Shown piece after piece: positions 17,991 to 28,895 of a DNA stretch of 64,000 nt (positions within the stretch are counted from its first letter, which is position 1; each line of letters opens with the position of its first letter). Below the pieces are notes generated by a model, which made no database searches, had not been told where the DNA came from, and saw only the letters and a list, made by a program, of their open reading frames with translations. This stretch comes from a virus. The position numbers and the translations under genes are program-made. The stretch is taken from positions 1 to 64,000 of IMG/VR virus record IMGVR_UViG_3300036981_000255. One strand, 5' to 3'.

Positions 17991-19050
17991 TAGTTATAAT
18001 AGTTTTATAAAAAGGTTTGAAAAAATTATTTATTGTTTTATGCTTTTCAGTCAATATAATGAACAAATCATCAGATTTCAAATTTAACATCAAAAGATTT
18101 CCATTATTCGCTTGGAATTTCTCTCTTTTGAGGAAATTTATGCTTTGCAGGTTCTTTTTGCAAGTTTCTGTGATAAATTCGTGGTTTTTTAAGTTTACTA
18201 TCCTTTCATTTGTTGTGAGAATATGTTTGCCTTGAATGCCGTCTGTTACACCATTGAGAATGTTATTGTAGGTTCGTTGTTGGACTTTACCAATATTATC
18301 ATCGTTTAATTTAGAAGCACATTCAGTTAAGATATTTTGAATTGAGCAAGGAGTTTGTTGGATTTGTGGGAATGCGTTGAAAAGCGATGTTTCTTTGACC
18401 AATTTGACATTGGAAATATCATCAGAATTATCACCACAAATACTTTTGATAAGAACAATGTTCTCGGATGGATAACCGAAAAACTTATGAAAGTTTTTGT
18501 GGGTAATCGTTTGGAATTGGTCAACTTTATCAGTTTTTGATGATTTGAATTTGAATTTCTTATTCAAATAGTAAACTTCAACATTGGGTTGTAGAAGTTG
18601 CATTATATCCACATCGCCAGTAGCAATAGTGATTTTTTCCGTTTCGTCTTTGCCAAGTACATATAAAGCAATAATGTCATCGGCTTCTACCTTTTCATCT
18701 TCGTAAGTGGCTACAAAGTAAGATAGTATTGTTTTTAATCTTTCTTTTTGATTGTTGAAATCAAGTCTCTTCTCTTTATCGTAAGGACTTTCGTTTTTTG
18801 GCGTAAGTCTTGATTTTTTGTAGTGAGGATAAACAAATCTGCGCAAAACTCCTTTATGGTTGCCATCAAATGCAATCCGAAGTAGAGAATAGTTACCATA
18901 GTCTAATAAGGATTGGACTTTGAGTAAAAATGCAGCAACAGCCAAAAGATTTTTAGCATTAAAGTCTTCAGAGTTGTATGTTGCTTCAAATGATGTTTTG
19001 AACAAGGAGTTTCCATCAATAAAAAGCGTTCTGTGGCATTGCTCTTGCAA
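17980..19050 (-). CDS. 5'-3' exonuclease / RNase H (T4 Rnh, PolI 5' nuclease family)
   Basis: FIDGNS, AFDG, YKKSR, EADDIIA, TGDVDIMQL, GDNSDDI. Confidence 0.92.
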   Translation of the reverse strand: MQEQCHRTLFIDGNSLFKTSFEATYNSEDFNAKNLLAVAAFLLKVQSLLDYGNYSLLRIAFDGNHKGVLRRFVYPHYKKSRLTPKNESPYDKEKRLDFNNQKERLKTILSYFVATYEDEKVEADDIIALYVLGKDETEKITIATGDVDIMQLLQPNVEVYYLNKKFKFKSSKTDKVDQFQTITHKNFHKFFGYPSENIVLIKSICGDNSDDISNVKLVKETSLFNAFPQIQQTPCSIQNILTECASKLNDDNIGKVQQRTYNNILNGVTDGIQGKHILTTNERIVNLKNHEFITETCKKNLQSINFLKREKFQANNGNLLMLNLKSDDLFIILTEKHKTINNFFKPFYKTIITNAN

Positions 19051-19126
19051 TTTTGTGACTTTGTTTAAAGGGTTAAAAAAAAGATTGTGCCTAAAGTAAA
19101 TGATATAATAATCATGCTTACAAAGA

Positions 19127-19687
19127 TTAAAAATAAATCTTATTAGACGGATTTTCTGGATTCAAATTGTTCAAAACAATGTCACAAAATTCACCTTTTT
19201 CAAGTGCTTTCATTTCAATTGCTGTCCAAAGGTCTTTATATTGAAATCCATTGACTTGAGCAAAATCCATTGCGACTTGTACAAGGTCAGCAAATTCCAT
19301 AATATCCTTATGATTAGCCATTTGAATTTCATTCATTTCCTCTTGAATTTTCAAAGCGTATAGTTTGTTCAACTCGTCTTTGTCATGGACGATTTCACAT
19401 TCACTTGGGTCGAGTCTAAAGACCATGTTGCTGCGGATGAGTTTTTTGGGCTTTTGTTCGACTTTGTTCAAATCTAACAAGTAACCACGACCATCAATTG
19501 AACCTTTCAATTTATAAAGGATTTGATTATCTTTTAATTCAAGTGTATTTGGAAAATTACCTAGAATTATATGTCTCAATCCACCTTTTTCAAATTCTCC
19601 ATCTTCCCATTGATAGACCACTTTTGTTGGGTCAGACTTACAGTAACAAAATGATGGACTTTCAACTTCAATTATTGTGCCTTGCAT
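19127..19687 (-). CDS. Protein with a C-terminal all-alpha NTP pyrophosphatase (MazG/HisE-like) domain
   Basis: KLIR...LKIQEEMNE...EFADLVQV...K.LEKGEF. Confidence 0.7.
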   Translation of the reverse strand: MQGTIIEVESPSFCYCKSDPTKVVYQWEDGEFEKGGLRHIILGNFPNTLELKDNQILYKLKGSIDGRGYLLDLNKVEQKPKKLIRSNMVFRLDPSECEIVHDKDELNKLYALKIQEEMNEIQMANHKDIMEFADLVQVAMDFAQVNGFQYKDLWTAIEMKALEKGEFCDIVLNNLNPENPSNKIYF

Positions 19688-19702
19688 GTTTATTATAGTA
19701 GT

Positions 19703-19930
19703 TTATTTTTTATAGTCGTCATCATTTGTAAAGTCTTCGTAATCTTGTTCTAATTTTTGAATAACCTTTGGCAACGCTTCAAGTGCTTGAGATTCTTTCT
19801 GTTTTCGGCAGAAATCACAAAAACGTAATGACCAATTGTAGAAAACGTTGGGATAATCTTCGTTCCATTTTTTTAACAATGTTGGTTTTTCATAAGCTAC
19901 AAGACATTTTTCGCATTTGAGATTTAACAT
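19703..19930 (-). CDS. Small zinc-finger protein
   Basis: CEKC...CDFC. Confidence 0.65.
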   Translation of the reverse strand: MLNLKCEKCLVAYEKPTLLKKWNEDYPNVFYNWSLRFCDFCRKQKESQALEALPKVIQKLEQDYEDFTNDDDYKK

Positions 19931-19932
19931 AG

Positions 19933-20430
19933 TTAATCTTTTTTCAAAGTTTTCTTGATTTGGCAGTCGATGAGACCTTTTTCTATGCCGAACTTCAAAT
20001 TTGAGGCAAGCATCTTGATTGCATCGAACTTTCGGTTCATGTCAAAATATAATGCCGTCAGATTTTTACTAATCAGTGAAGACAAACGTATTTCGTTACG
20101 CCCTCGCAGGTTGATTTGATGATTTGTAGATGATTTAGAAGATAATTTATAGTCAGCCGTTTGATTTTTACGCCACTCTTCATCAGCTAATGACAAAAGA
20201 TTTTCAAGTAACATTTCAGCTATTGATTTTGCCATTCCTACGGTTGTCATATAACTACTGATTTTTATCATGTCTTCTGATATGAGCCAAGGGTCTTCGT
20301 TGTTATTGTTTAAGTCCTTGTTAAGAAAAATCAAAGTTTGTTCATAAAAATCGACTAAGATTTGTAGGGCTTCATCCGAATCTATTTTTTGATTTTTGAG
20401 AAGACTACTGTTGAGTTGTTGAATATTCAT
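19933..20430 (-). CDS. Helical hypothetical protein (possibly UvsY-like)
   Basis: 165 aa, helical, in the replication cluster; function is a guess. Confidence 0.5.
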   Translation of the reverse strand: MNIQQLNSSLLKNQKIDSDEALQILVDFYEQTLIFLNKDLNNNNEDPWLISEDMIKISSYMTTVGMAKSIAEMLLENLLSLADEEWRKNQTADYKLSSKSSTNHQINLRGRNEIRLSSLISKNLTALYFDMNRKFDAIKMLASNLKFGIEKGLIDCQIKKTLKKD

Positions 20431-20802
20431 AATTAACTGTTTTCATTTTGTTCATCAATATATGTAGAGATTGAATCTAAACTTAAAAATGTAGAAGCCC
20501 ATACATAATAATCAAATAAATGGTGTTCAATATTGAACAAATACAATGTGAATAATGTCACTATTGTTGGCGGAATAAATATAGGATTTATAGTTATCAT
20601 TGTTATCAGTCCTCTTCTTCGACAGCATTTAATGAAAAATAAGCGTTGATTGCTCCATAACAAAGCAAAAAAGAACCAAATGCCATCCAACCGCTAATGT
20701 CACTGTTTAAATGGAATGTGTAAGCCGTTAGCAATATGAAGCATATTGGCAAAAGGAAAATTATAATATATTTCATGTGATTTTTTATTTAAAGTGAAAA
20801 GA

Positions 20803-20831
20803 AAGTGCCAGAACATTGGAAGTTCTGGCAC
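20803..20831 (-). terminator. Intrinsic terminator-like hairpin
   Basis: GTGCCAGAAC ... GTTCTGGCAC followed by T-rich sequence on the minus strand, right after the 20849 stop. Confidence 0.7.
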
Positions 20832-20848
20832 AAATTTGATATTTAGGT

Positions 20849-21973
20849 TTAAAACGGAAGGTCTTCTTCTAAGATGTCAGAAGGTTTTTCAACAGTATCT
20901 TTTGGTGTTTCAGAAAGTCCGTTGATTGGTGTGAGATAAATGACTTCACGTCTTTTTTCATTTGAACCATCTTTCAAAAACTTGTCTTTATAAAATTCGT
21001 CCTTTATTTCCATATCCCAACCCATAGTTTTAAAGAACTCTGTAACGTGAGGTTTTAAGATTTCTGATTGGAAATTTGATACAATTCTTTTATAAAATTC
21101 TAAAATTTGTCTATCTCCGCCACCACCAACTTTATTATTAAATGCTTTTAAAAATTCAGCGTTATTAGACTCTGTGCCTTGTGGGGTTGCTACGCTTATT
21201 TTATTTTTATCGTCATATACACTAACCTCATAACACCCTGCAATATCTGTATATCCATATTTTGAATCTTTATCTACAATTGAAACATTTGGACTAACTT
21301 TTATTTGGTCTCCGTATTTGGATTTGTATCTATTCAAAGAAATTTTCACATCGCTTTTCAATTGCTCATTTGTCATTGAACAAATTCTGTCAATAAATTT
21401 TCTTGCAACAACTGCGATTGCACATTCAAATGAATACCTTTCGTTATTATCGAAATCCATAATATCAGCAGTAAACTTATTTTTCACTTGTTTATTTTTC
21501 AAAGTGTCTGCAATATAATAGAAATTTAACAGTTTACCAGATATGAATTGTTCGGTGTTACCGTTATCGAAATTTTTAGTTATCGAAATTTCATGTTTTT
21601 TTAACGGCTTTTTATATTTACTTTTTACTGTAATAACCGTTTCTTTTAACAAAACATCATTACCATCTTTCATTGTGTTATATAATTCATTGAAAGCAAA
21701 TTTCTCTTGTTCTGTTCCAACAAAAATTTCCGTTGACCAATTATTCTTTTTAGCTTTTAAAAAATCAATTTCATTTTCATTGAAAATTTTTAAAGCCACT
21801 TGGTATGATTCATCATCTGGAAATATTGCAGCATCTGGTTCGTTGTACGGAACTTTAGCGACAAATTTTTCTTCGTCTTTCGTTGCGAAGAATTCAACCT
21901 CTATAAACCTAGTGTTGTTAATAGGGGTGATGGTTTTTGTGAACTCGTTAGCTGTTTGGTTTGGTCGTGCCAT
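20849..21973 (-). CDS. Putative ssDNA-binding or recombination protein
   Basis: 374 aa with SSB-type acidic tail EEDLPF, followed by a terminator. Confidence 0.5.
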   Translation of the reverse strand: MARPNQTANEFTKTITPINNTRFIEVEFFATKDEEKFVAKVPYNEPDAAIFPDDESYQVALKIFNENEIDFLKAKKNNWSTEIFVGTEQEKFAFNELYNTMKDGNDVLLKETVITVKSKYKKPLKKHEISITKNFDNGNTEQFISGKLLNFYYIADTLKNKQVKNKFTADIMDFDNNERYSFECAIAVVARKFIDRICSMTNEQLKSDVKISLNRYKSKYGDQIKVSPNVSIVDKDSKYGYTDIAGCYEVSVYDDKNKISVATPQGTESNNAEFLKAFNNKVGGGGDRQILEFYKRIVSNFQSEILKPHVTEFFKTMGWDMEIKDEFYKDKFLKDGSNEKRREVIYLTPINGLSETPKDTVEKPSDILEEDLPF

Positions 21974-22078
21974 AGTTTGTTTAATTTTAATCGTTTGTTA
22001 TGTTATAAATTTATTGTCCTTAGTAATATAATGAACTTTGTGTCAAAAATCAAATTATTTTGAGATTATTTTTATTTT

Positions 22079-22879
22079 TTAACGCAATTTCATATTATTG
22101 TAGTTAAAACTTTGCTTCACATTGCTTTCACTGTACGAATCGTCAACGTCTTTGTCAGTTAAAACAAATTCTTCGGGTTTTTCATCTTCATCATTTGATT
22201 TGATTGAAACGTCAAAGGTTGGTTCTTGTGAAGGTTTTCCATTCTCAATGGAATAGTCATACTCTTTACCAGCAGCAGGTTTCCAATAGTCAGTCAATTT
22301 TTGATTGTAAGGGTAAGATGAAAGAGATTGTAACATCAATTCTTCATTTGGTGTTGGAACACGTTTTAAAAATTGTTGCTCCATGTTTTTTTCCATTTGA
22401 CTCACTTGCGCCATCACTTGAGAACTATGTTTCATCATTTTCTCAATTTGTTGGTTAAAAGTTGTTGCAATTGAATCAATCTTTTGAGTTATCCCATCAA
22501 TGGCTTCTGAATTTTGGTCAATACCGTCTGTGATTTCAGTAACATCTACTTCAACTTCATCTCCTCCACCCATATCGTCTGCTGGTATATCTTCTCCACC
22601 TTCGGCATCAAAATCAATTTCGTCTGCTAATTCTGCATTCAAATCATCTCCACCGTCATCTGCGCCATCTTGTGTATCATCTGTTGGTTGGTCGTCTGCT
22701 GGCGCATCAGTATCAGTTGCATCTTCAATGTCGTCACCTGCCTGTGGTTGGTCTTCGGCATTTTGATTTTCATCTTCAGGCGCTTCATTAAGTTCTTCGG
22801 GTTTTGGATTGTAATACTTGTATTCTGAAACAAGATTAATTCTTTCAGTCAATTTATCAATGTTAAAACGTTGTTTCAT
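22079..22879 (-). CDS. Acidic putative prohead core / scaffold-like protein
   Basis: Asp/Glu-rich linker after LNE, coiled coil; downstream of a TATTTATA motif. Confidence 0.5.
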   Translation of the reverse strand: MKQRFNIDKLTERINLVSEYKYYNPKPEELNEAPEDENQNAEDQPQAGDDIEDATDTDAPADDQPTDDTQDGADDGGDDLNAELADEIDFDAEGGEDIPADDMGGGDEVEVDVTEITDGIDQNSEAIDGITQKIDSIATTFNQQIEKMMKHSSQVMAQVSQMEKNMEQQFLKRVPTPNEELMLQSLSSYPYNQKLTDYWKPAAGKEYDYSIENGKPSQEPTFDVSIKSNDEDEKPEEFVLTDKDVDDSYSESNVKQSFNYNNMKLR

Positions 22880-22927
22880 TGTTCGATTTGTTTTTGTTTT
22901 TGCTTTGTTAATTGGATTGATTGGGAA

Positions 22928-23137
22928 TTATAGTAAAAGTTGGCGACCATCTTCCAAAACGAGTTTTTTATCAACTTGTTCTACCAATTCTTTGTCAAAG
23001 CAAGTTTTTTTTGCTTTTTGGTTTGATGTACACTTTTCACACGTTGCAGCTTTACATTTTCCGTTTTTGCATTTTGACAAGATTTTGTCCAATGCTTCAT
23101 TTAATTTGGCTGATTTTTCAGTTTGTTCAGTAATCAT
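22928..23137 (-). CDS. Small late protein
   Basis: 69 aa, TATTTATA at 23159-23166 upstream. Confidence 0.65.
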   Translation of the reverse strand: MITEQTEKSAKLNEALDKILSKCKNGKCKAATCEKCTSNQKAKKTCFDKELVEQVDKKLVLEDGRQLLL

Positions 23138-23459
23138 AAGTTTAAATTTTGTTTTTTATATAAATATGAACGATGTTGGAAATTGCATCTCGTTGCAACC
23201 ACATTGTTCCAAATATCAACTAGGTTTAAATAGTTCCAAACAACTATATTTTTTCAACAAAAAACACAATTATTTTTCAAATTAAAAAGAGTTTTCTTTT
23301 ATCGCATTACAAATTACAATTATATGACAGGTGGCAACTCACTTGTAGCCGTTTTTCAACTATACTTTTTTATTCCTTTTTATATAGAAGAATTAACCCA
23401 CTAAGTATAGTTTTATAGGTCTCTACAGAATATAGATTCCTACAGAAAAAGAAGACTTT

Positions 23460-26400
23460 TTAAGCCATTCGCAATTTATTAATTGTCTTGCTTTTGAACG
23501 GATAGTAAGCTATAATTTTCGTTGAATTTGGTTGTGTTATGACACTTTTAACTTGATGATGTAAATGTCCATTTGCATAAATCGCAACGTGTGTTACTGC
23601 TAAAAACGGTTGTCCTAATTGTTTTTCATTTGTATCAACATTCAATAGATTTTTCAGTGCATTTATTTTGACTTGACTTGCATTATTTTGAATTACAGAT
23701 ATTGCAGCAGATTTACTTTTGCTTGTTATATATGTTGAAAATACAATTGACCCATCAGGAACACCAATGTCTGACAAATCAGCATTCGACCAACTTCCAG
23801 AACCATTTGATTTTAACTTAGCTTGATATGTTGTTGTATCCACAAACTCTAATTCAGCATCATTCATGGCTGCAAATAAATTCCAAGCATTGAAACCAAA
23901 TGGCTTCACAGTTATTCCAATGTCCCTCAACGCATATTTAACCCATCTTGCACAATATCCAACTTTAGTATCTGCATAACTAACTGGCGTATTTGCATTA
24001 AATCTTGAATTATATAATTGTAAAAATGCGCTTTCTGTCATTTGATTGGCATAGAAAGTATAATTTTCTGTTGCACTTTGGGCTACAAAAACAACATTGT
24101 TTGCAGTTTCTAATGCTGTAAATTCAGCAGCAGATGGTACATCGTTATATCCAACAATTGCGCCTGTATCTTCACCTAAAGAATAAAATCCTTCGTCTTC
24201 ACCATTCAGAGGTCTTATGACACTCTTATTCAACTCTTCTGCATTAAATAATGTGTCTGATAAAGGAATATTTACAAAACTTGTGGCTTTGTCAACTATC
24301 GGATACACAAATCTTGGCATTCTTGCGCCTGTAAATGTAGTTTTTATCATATTAGGTGAAATAACATGTGAAACTTTTGTAATAAGATATGCGCCATGAA
24401 AAAATGGAATATTGTCCAATTGAAAATAATTCAATGGATGTATTTGCATATTTCCCATACATTCAACAGAACATTTGTAACTTCTAAGGGCAAATACATT
24501 GTATAGATTTGTCCCCTTATAAAATCGTTTTGTTCCACCACGCCCATCAAATATTTCAGCAGTTGCAATTCTTGATTCTTCTGTTTCTCGGTTTTCTTGT
24601 TGACTTAAATCTTTAATACTTGTGAAAATAGATTGATTTTGGTCAGCATAACCTACACGGAAAACAACCATGTTATATTTGAATCTTTCATCAGGGTCAA
24701 GTTTACCATAACCTGTTGGAACACGTCTGTCTGTAAAATCTTTAGGGATGTTAACACTGTCAAATTCTCGCAAATCGAAACCATCATTCACATAGAAGGA
24801 CTTTTCTCCAATATCTAAAACTTTTGATGTTCCACCAACGTACATTGCGATATACGCTGCACCAGCATTGACATTTTTTAAATCAGTGTGGGGTTTCCAC
24901 ATGTCACTGACTTCTTGAGGATTTCTATAATTTACATAAGTGGGTAAAACGTGAAAATCAAACTTACTTGCTCTACAAATACGTCCAATATAACTGTAAA
25001 GAGGGATTCCAACTTCCTTAGACAATACTAATAAAGCCTTTGGGTCAACTACTGCCGTATCGCCAATATATGACCATGCTCGGTTGATGAAGTGAAATCT
25101 ATCAATCAGTCTTTTTTCTTTACTCACATCGCCATTGCAACCACAACTATTGAAAATTTGTGCATTTCCACTCCCACCTATCCATTTATCATATAAATTT
25201 TTAAAATGCCCATAAGCTGCTAATTTATATGCACTATCAGTTATATAGAACTCTTGGTCTTGCGAAGTATTTTGTCCATTTCCAGATAGTTTGACGTTTG
25301 TTTTGTTGGTAATTGTAACATTCTTTTTGAAATTAGTTATCCAGACCTCTAAATATTGGCGCAACGTTGTTTCGTCCATTATAGATAATCCCAAGTCTGA
25401 ATACAACACAGATGATTCTTTAACGATATTCAAAGGGTTTATAACACATATCTTTTGAATATTTGCAAACTCTAACAATATGTCATTGTATGCCAAAGTG
25501 TAATCAGTATAATTCAAATATGTTGGATTTGAAAACTCGGACATTGTGCAATATTGTTTAAACTTGTCTTCAATTCCGCTATTTGTGATATATTCGTTAG
25601 CAACCCAATTCTCGAAATATGCTGACATTTTATCAATGAAAACAGTTGTAAAATTGTCTAAATTTGGTAAATAATAAGAAGTTTTTAATTTCAAACTTGC
25701 ATATTGTTGTCTAAATTGAACATAACGATTATCGTAATAGGTATTCAAAAAAGCCAAATCAATTGACGTTTCAAACCAGTCAGTTGATATTGATTGTTGT
25801 TTCGCTCGGTAAAATTGGGCAGCAATCCATACCAATTGCATCTTACTGATTGAATAAACGCCCGAAATTTCAAATATCTTATTCCAATCGACAATCTTAT
25901 CCATTGGCAAAGTTGAAATCAAAAGATATGCCTTTAAAACGTCTGATGAACTATTGTAATATTGTGTGTCAAAAAGACATTTTGAAGAATCAACTGATAT
26001 TCCGTTAATGGCAATTGATTTTCTTGCATTATTAGTGAATTTTTCTTCTGAACTTTTCGGCTTTGTATAATCAATAGCAGCATTTATTTGTCCATCAAAA
26101 ATTGTCAAATCATTAACATTTTCAAGCACAATAGTGTTGTTTGAAATGTCATCTTTTAAATCATTGGTTGTTTTTGATTTGTGATATTTTTGGATGTTCT
26201 TCTGAACATCGTCAGTCCAAAATTTGGCAGTCAAATCCCCAACAACAAAATTGGCGTTGCGATTAGTTTCTAACGTTCTATGGTATCTCTTCTTGTTTTT
26301 AGTAATGAAAATGTCGTTCAATTTCAAACCAAAACCGTTGATTGTGTCATCCACAGATGTTGGCAAAACTTTATCACTTTGATTTACAATTGAACTTATG

Positions 26401-28511
26401 AGACTTGTGTCAACATCAGAATATCCTTCAATTAAAAAACCATCATTAGATTTTATGTCATAGCCATTGATTTGGTATAAGTCTGGATTGTCGGTTATGA
26501 ATCCGCTGTCTGTTAAAACTTCATTTACGAAGTCTGTCAAATCAATATTTTTGATAACTTGTTTCAAAGTTTCATTCACAATTTGACTTGCAGCATAAGC
26601 CGATTCAAGTTGTGCAACATTATTGATTGACGAACCTTTATAGCAACTGTTGTTGTATGCCAATAATGCTCTTTTCACAATATTAATTGCTAAAATGTCT
26701 GGAATTGTGTTGCCAATAAATTGTAAAGTGTCAATAAACTGAAGACCATTATTTGAATAGTCAATTGGATTTAAAGTTACCCAACCAGTCGGATTTGTAA
26801 TGGTTGAAACTCTACTGTTGTTTTGTTTTCTATTTTTTGTTTGAGTATTATTAGACGCAACTGACGAATTAATAACCTGTCTAACCAAATCAATTTCTGG
26901 AAATGCAGGGTTGTCTTCACCAACAACATCACCAAGCCACAATTCATTGCCAGTGACACTATCATAGACTGATGGAAATGGAAAAATACGATTTGCCACA
27001 GAACTGATATCAGTTCGCACATTAGTCAAATTACCAACTCGTTGTGCCTGAATATTAGCATTATCAGCTTCAACTGCGACATTATAAACTACTTCTAAAA
27101 ACGCTTCAACATTTCCAATGATTATATTAAAAACCGTTTGAATACTTAAATCAAAACCTAATTCTTGTGATAATTGTTCGTTCAACTCTTCGTTGACTTT
27201 GATTTCTAAAGCATTTTTCTTTTCACCAATTTTTGCAAGAAGGTCAGCAACTTGTTTTCTAAATTTGAAATAATTGATAATGTAAAATTCTTTGGTGGAT
27301 GTATCGTCAACATTCAAACGGCTTTCCAAAACATCTAAAGACACCAATTTTAAATTTCCTGTGATTCCATCTTTTAGAACCTCTTGATTGATTTCATTTA
27401 CAACACTTTCAGTTATTTTTTTAGCTAAAGTTGGCTTCGACACATCAGAATCGGTTATTTTATAACTGCTGATATACGATTGACTTTTTTGGTTATCATC
27501 AATGAATTTATTGTACTCGGCAACAAATTTTGTTAAATCTTCAACGATTATGTCGTAAATGTCTTCCTTTTGTTTGGAAATAATACCAACATCACGAACA
27601 AATAATTGGTCTGTGTTAATTTTGAGTTGAGTGATACGGAGGATGTTACCAAATTCAGAGGTATAGTTAATGTCAACTGGTTGAGCTATAATCTTTTGGA
27701 GTTTGTCTAATTGAAAAATCAGTGAATTGACAGTTTTCAACTCTTTGAACGAAGTTGAACTACTTTTTAATGATTCTGAAATTGTTGTAATTTTCCCAAG
27801 ACTTGACAAAAAATCATTCAAAGGCATTACACCAGCATTCGTCAGAGCATTATCGGCAATTGATGAAGATGTAATGTCTAAAACATAATTCATTAAAATA
27901 TCTGACAAAAATGCGAATGTATATCCAACGAATTTGGCAGTTATTATGAAATTTCCAGTAGCAGCATCAAAAGCTGCATTCCAAGTCCTTAGATGAAGGC
28001 AATATTTGACGGCTCTTCCATAAAATCCTTTGACTGTTAATTCAAAAATCGGATGAGGAAGTCTAAAGAATGTTGAAAATTCTGATGAATTGTATTTTGT
28101 TCCATTTTCGTCATTGTACTCGTATCCATTGAACAAAGCTGCGCCACGAACATCAACAAAAGTTATGGAAACTTCTGGCACAAGACTTGCGCCATATTCC
28201 ATTTGAATGTCTGTAATTCCAAATGCTTCTCTTTCACTAGATTGTGAACCACCAATATTAGTGTAATTGGTTGTTAAATACCCTTTACCATTTTGCTCTG
28301 TGGAAGTGATAAATTGAACTCCTTTGGCATCAAATAAATCACTTGAATATGTGCCATCCGTTTCAATGATTGACCTTGACTTAGGCAATGCCCTGAAATC
28401 TACATACACGAATAAGTCTTCTGGCGCATGAATATCTTTACCTGTTGGATTTGGGTCAACTATCCATGTGAATAGGTCATTATTGGAAATTTGTTCAAAT
28501 TTGTCAGCCAC
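23460..28511 (-). CDS. Large baseplate hub-like protein with a C-terminal CHAP/NlpC-like amidase domain
   Basis: Hub-like N-terminus and YKCSVECMGNMQI...GAYLITKVSHVI module; C-terminal GYCARWV...THVAIY. Confidence 0.7.
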   Translation of the reverse strand: MADKFEQISNNDLFTWIVDPNPTGKDIHAPEDLFVYVDFRALPKSRSIIETDGTYSSDLFDAKGVQFITSTEQNGKGYLTTNYTNIGGSQSSEREAFGITDIQMEYGASLVPEVSITFVDVRGAALFNGYEYNDENGTKYNSSEFSTFFRLPHPIFELTVKGFYGRAVKYCLHLRTWNAAFDAATGNFIITAKFVGYTFAFLSDILMNYVLDITSSSIADNALTNAGVMPLNDFLSSLGKITTISESLKSSSTSFKELKTVNSLIFQLDKLQKIIAQPVDINYTSEFGNILRITQLKINTDQLFVRDVGIISKQKEDIYDIIVEDLTKFVAEYNKFIDDNQKSQSYISSYKITDSDVSKPTLAKKITESVVNEINQEVLKDGITGNLKLVSLDVLESRLNVDDTSTKEFYIINYFKFRKQVADLLAKIGEKKNALEIKVNEELNEQLSQELGFDLSIQTVFNIIIGNVEAFLEVVYNVAVEADNANIQAQRVGNLTNVRTDISSVANRIFPFPSVYDSVTGNELWLGDVVGEDNPAFPEIDLVRQVINSSVASNNTQTKNRKQNNSRVSTITNPTGWVTLNPIDYSNNGLQFIDTLQFIGNTIPDILAINIVKRALLAYNNSCYKGSSINNVAQLESAYAASQIVNETLKQVIKNIDLTDFVNEVLTDSGFITDNPDLYQINGYDIKSNDGFLIEGYSDVDTSLISSIVNQSDKVLPTSVDDTINGFGLKLNDIFITKNKKRYHRTLETNRNANFVVGDLTAKFWTDDVQKNIQKYHKSKTTNDLKDDISNNTIVLENVNDLTIFDGQINAAIDYTKPKSSEEKFTNNARKSIAINGISVDSSKCLFDTQYYNSSSDVLKAYLLISTLPMDKIVDWNKIFEISGVYSISKMQLVWIAAQFYRAKQQSISTDWFETSIDLAFLNTYYDNRYVQFRQQYASLKLKTSYYLPNLDNFTTVFIDKMSAYFENWVANEYITNSGIEDKFKQYCTMSEFSNPTYLNYTDYTLAYNDILLEFANIQKICVINPLNIVKESSVLYSDLGLSIMDETTLRQYLEVWITNFKKNVTITNKTNVKLSGNGQNTSQDQEFYITDSAYKLAAYGHFKNLYDKWIGGSGNAQIFNSCGCNGDVSKEKRLIDRFHFINRAWSYIGDTAVVDPKALLVLSKEVGIPLYSYIGRICRASKFDFHVLPTYVNYRNPQEVSDMWKPHTDLKNVNAGAAYIAMYVGGTSKVLDIGEKSFYVNDGFDLREFDSVNIPKDFTDRRVPTGYGKLDPDERFKYNMVVFRVGYADQNQSIFTSIKDLSQQENRETEESRIATAEIFDGRGGTKRFYKGTNLYNVFALRSYKCSVECMGNMQIHPLNYFQLDNIPFFHGAYLITKVSHVISPNMIKTTFTGARMPRFVYPIVDKATSFVNIPLSDTLFNAEELNKSVIRPLNGEDEGFYSLGEDTGAIVGYNDVPSAAEFTALETANNVVFVAQSATENYTFYANQMTESAFLQLYNSRFNANTPVSYADTKVGYCARWVKYALRDIGITVKPFGFNAWNLFAAMNDAELEFVDTTTYQAKLKSNGSGSWSNADLSDIGVPDGSIVFSTYITSKSKSAAISVIQNNASQVKINALKNLLNVDTNEKQLGQPFLAVTHVAIYANGHLHHQVKSVITQPNSTKIIAYYPFKSKTINKLRMA

Positions 28512-28555
28512 TTGTTAGGTTTTTTTGTTAATAATATAATTGAATTAATTGAAAA

Positions 28556-28870
28556 TCAAAGTCCACTACGATTAATGTAACGCTGAACGCCATCTTGGTA
28601 TTGTTGCTTAGTATCCTTATATGGAAACGGAATTCGTATCAAAGTTCCATCTGGAATGTCAAATTCGTCTCCATATTGTGGATTAGCCATCATGATGAAA
28701 ATGCCACCGAAAGGATGGTCATAATAGGCTTGACTTATTTTGTCCATTCTATCAATTTGCTTATTCCAAATTCTTGACTTATCAGTAGATTTTACTTCAA
28801 GTTTTATAAATGGAACGATAGCCATTTGACCATTTGATATGAAATTTGAATATCGGTTGTAGTTCGGCAT
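28556..28870 (-). CDS. Baseplate wedge gp53 / tail-X (LysM-like) protein
   Basis: DRMDKISQAYY...IMMANP...DIPDGTLIRIP. Confidence 0.8.
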   Translation of the reverse strand: MPNYNRYSNFISNGQMAIVPFIKLEVKSTDKSRIWNKQIDRMDKISQAYYDHPFGGIFIMMANPQYGDEFDIPDGTLIRIPFPYKDTKQQYQDGVQRYINRSGL

Positions 28871-28895
28871 GTTTGGTTTTTTTTTGTAAAAAAAA

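Noticed and set aside
23170-23459. Non-coding gap as an origin or ncRNA
   Set aside because: No iterons, tRNA fold or convincing structure seen; the GGAACT at 23232-23237 lacks the spaced GTT.
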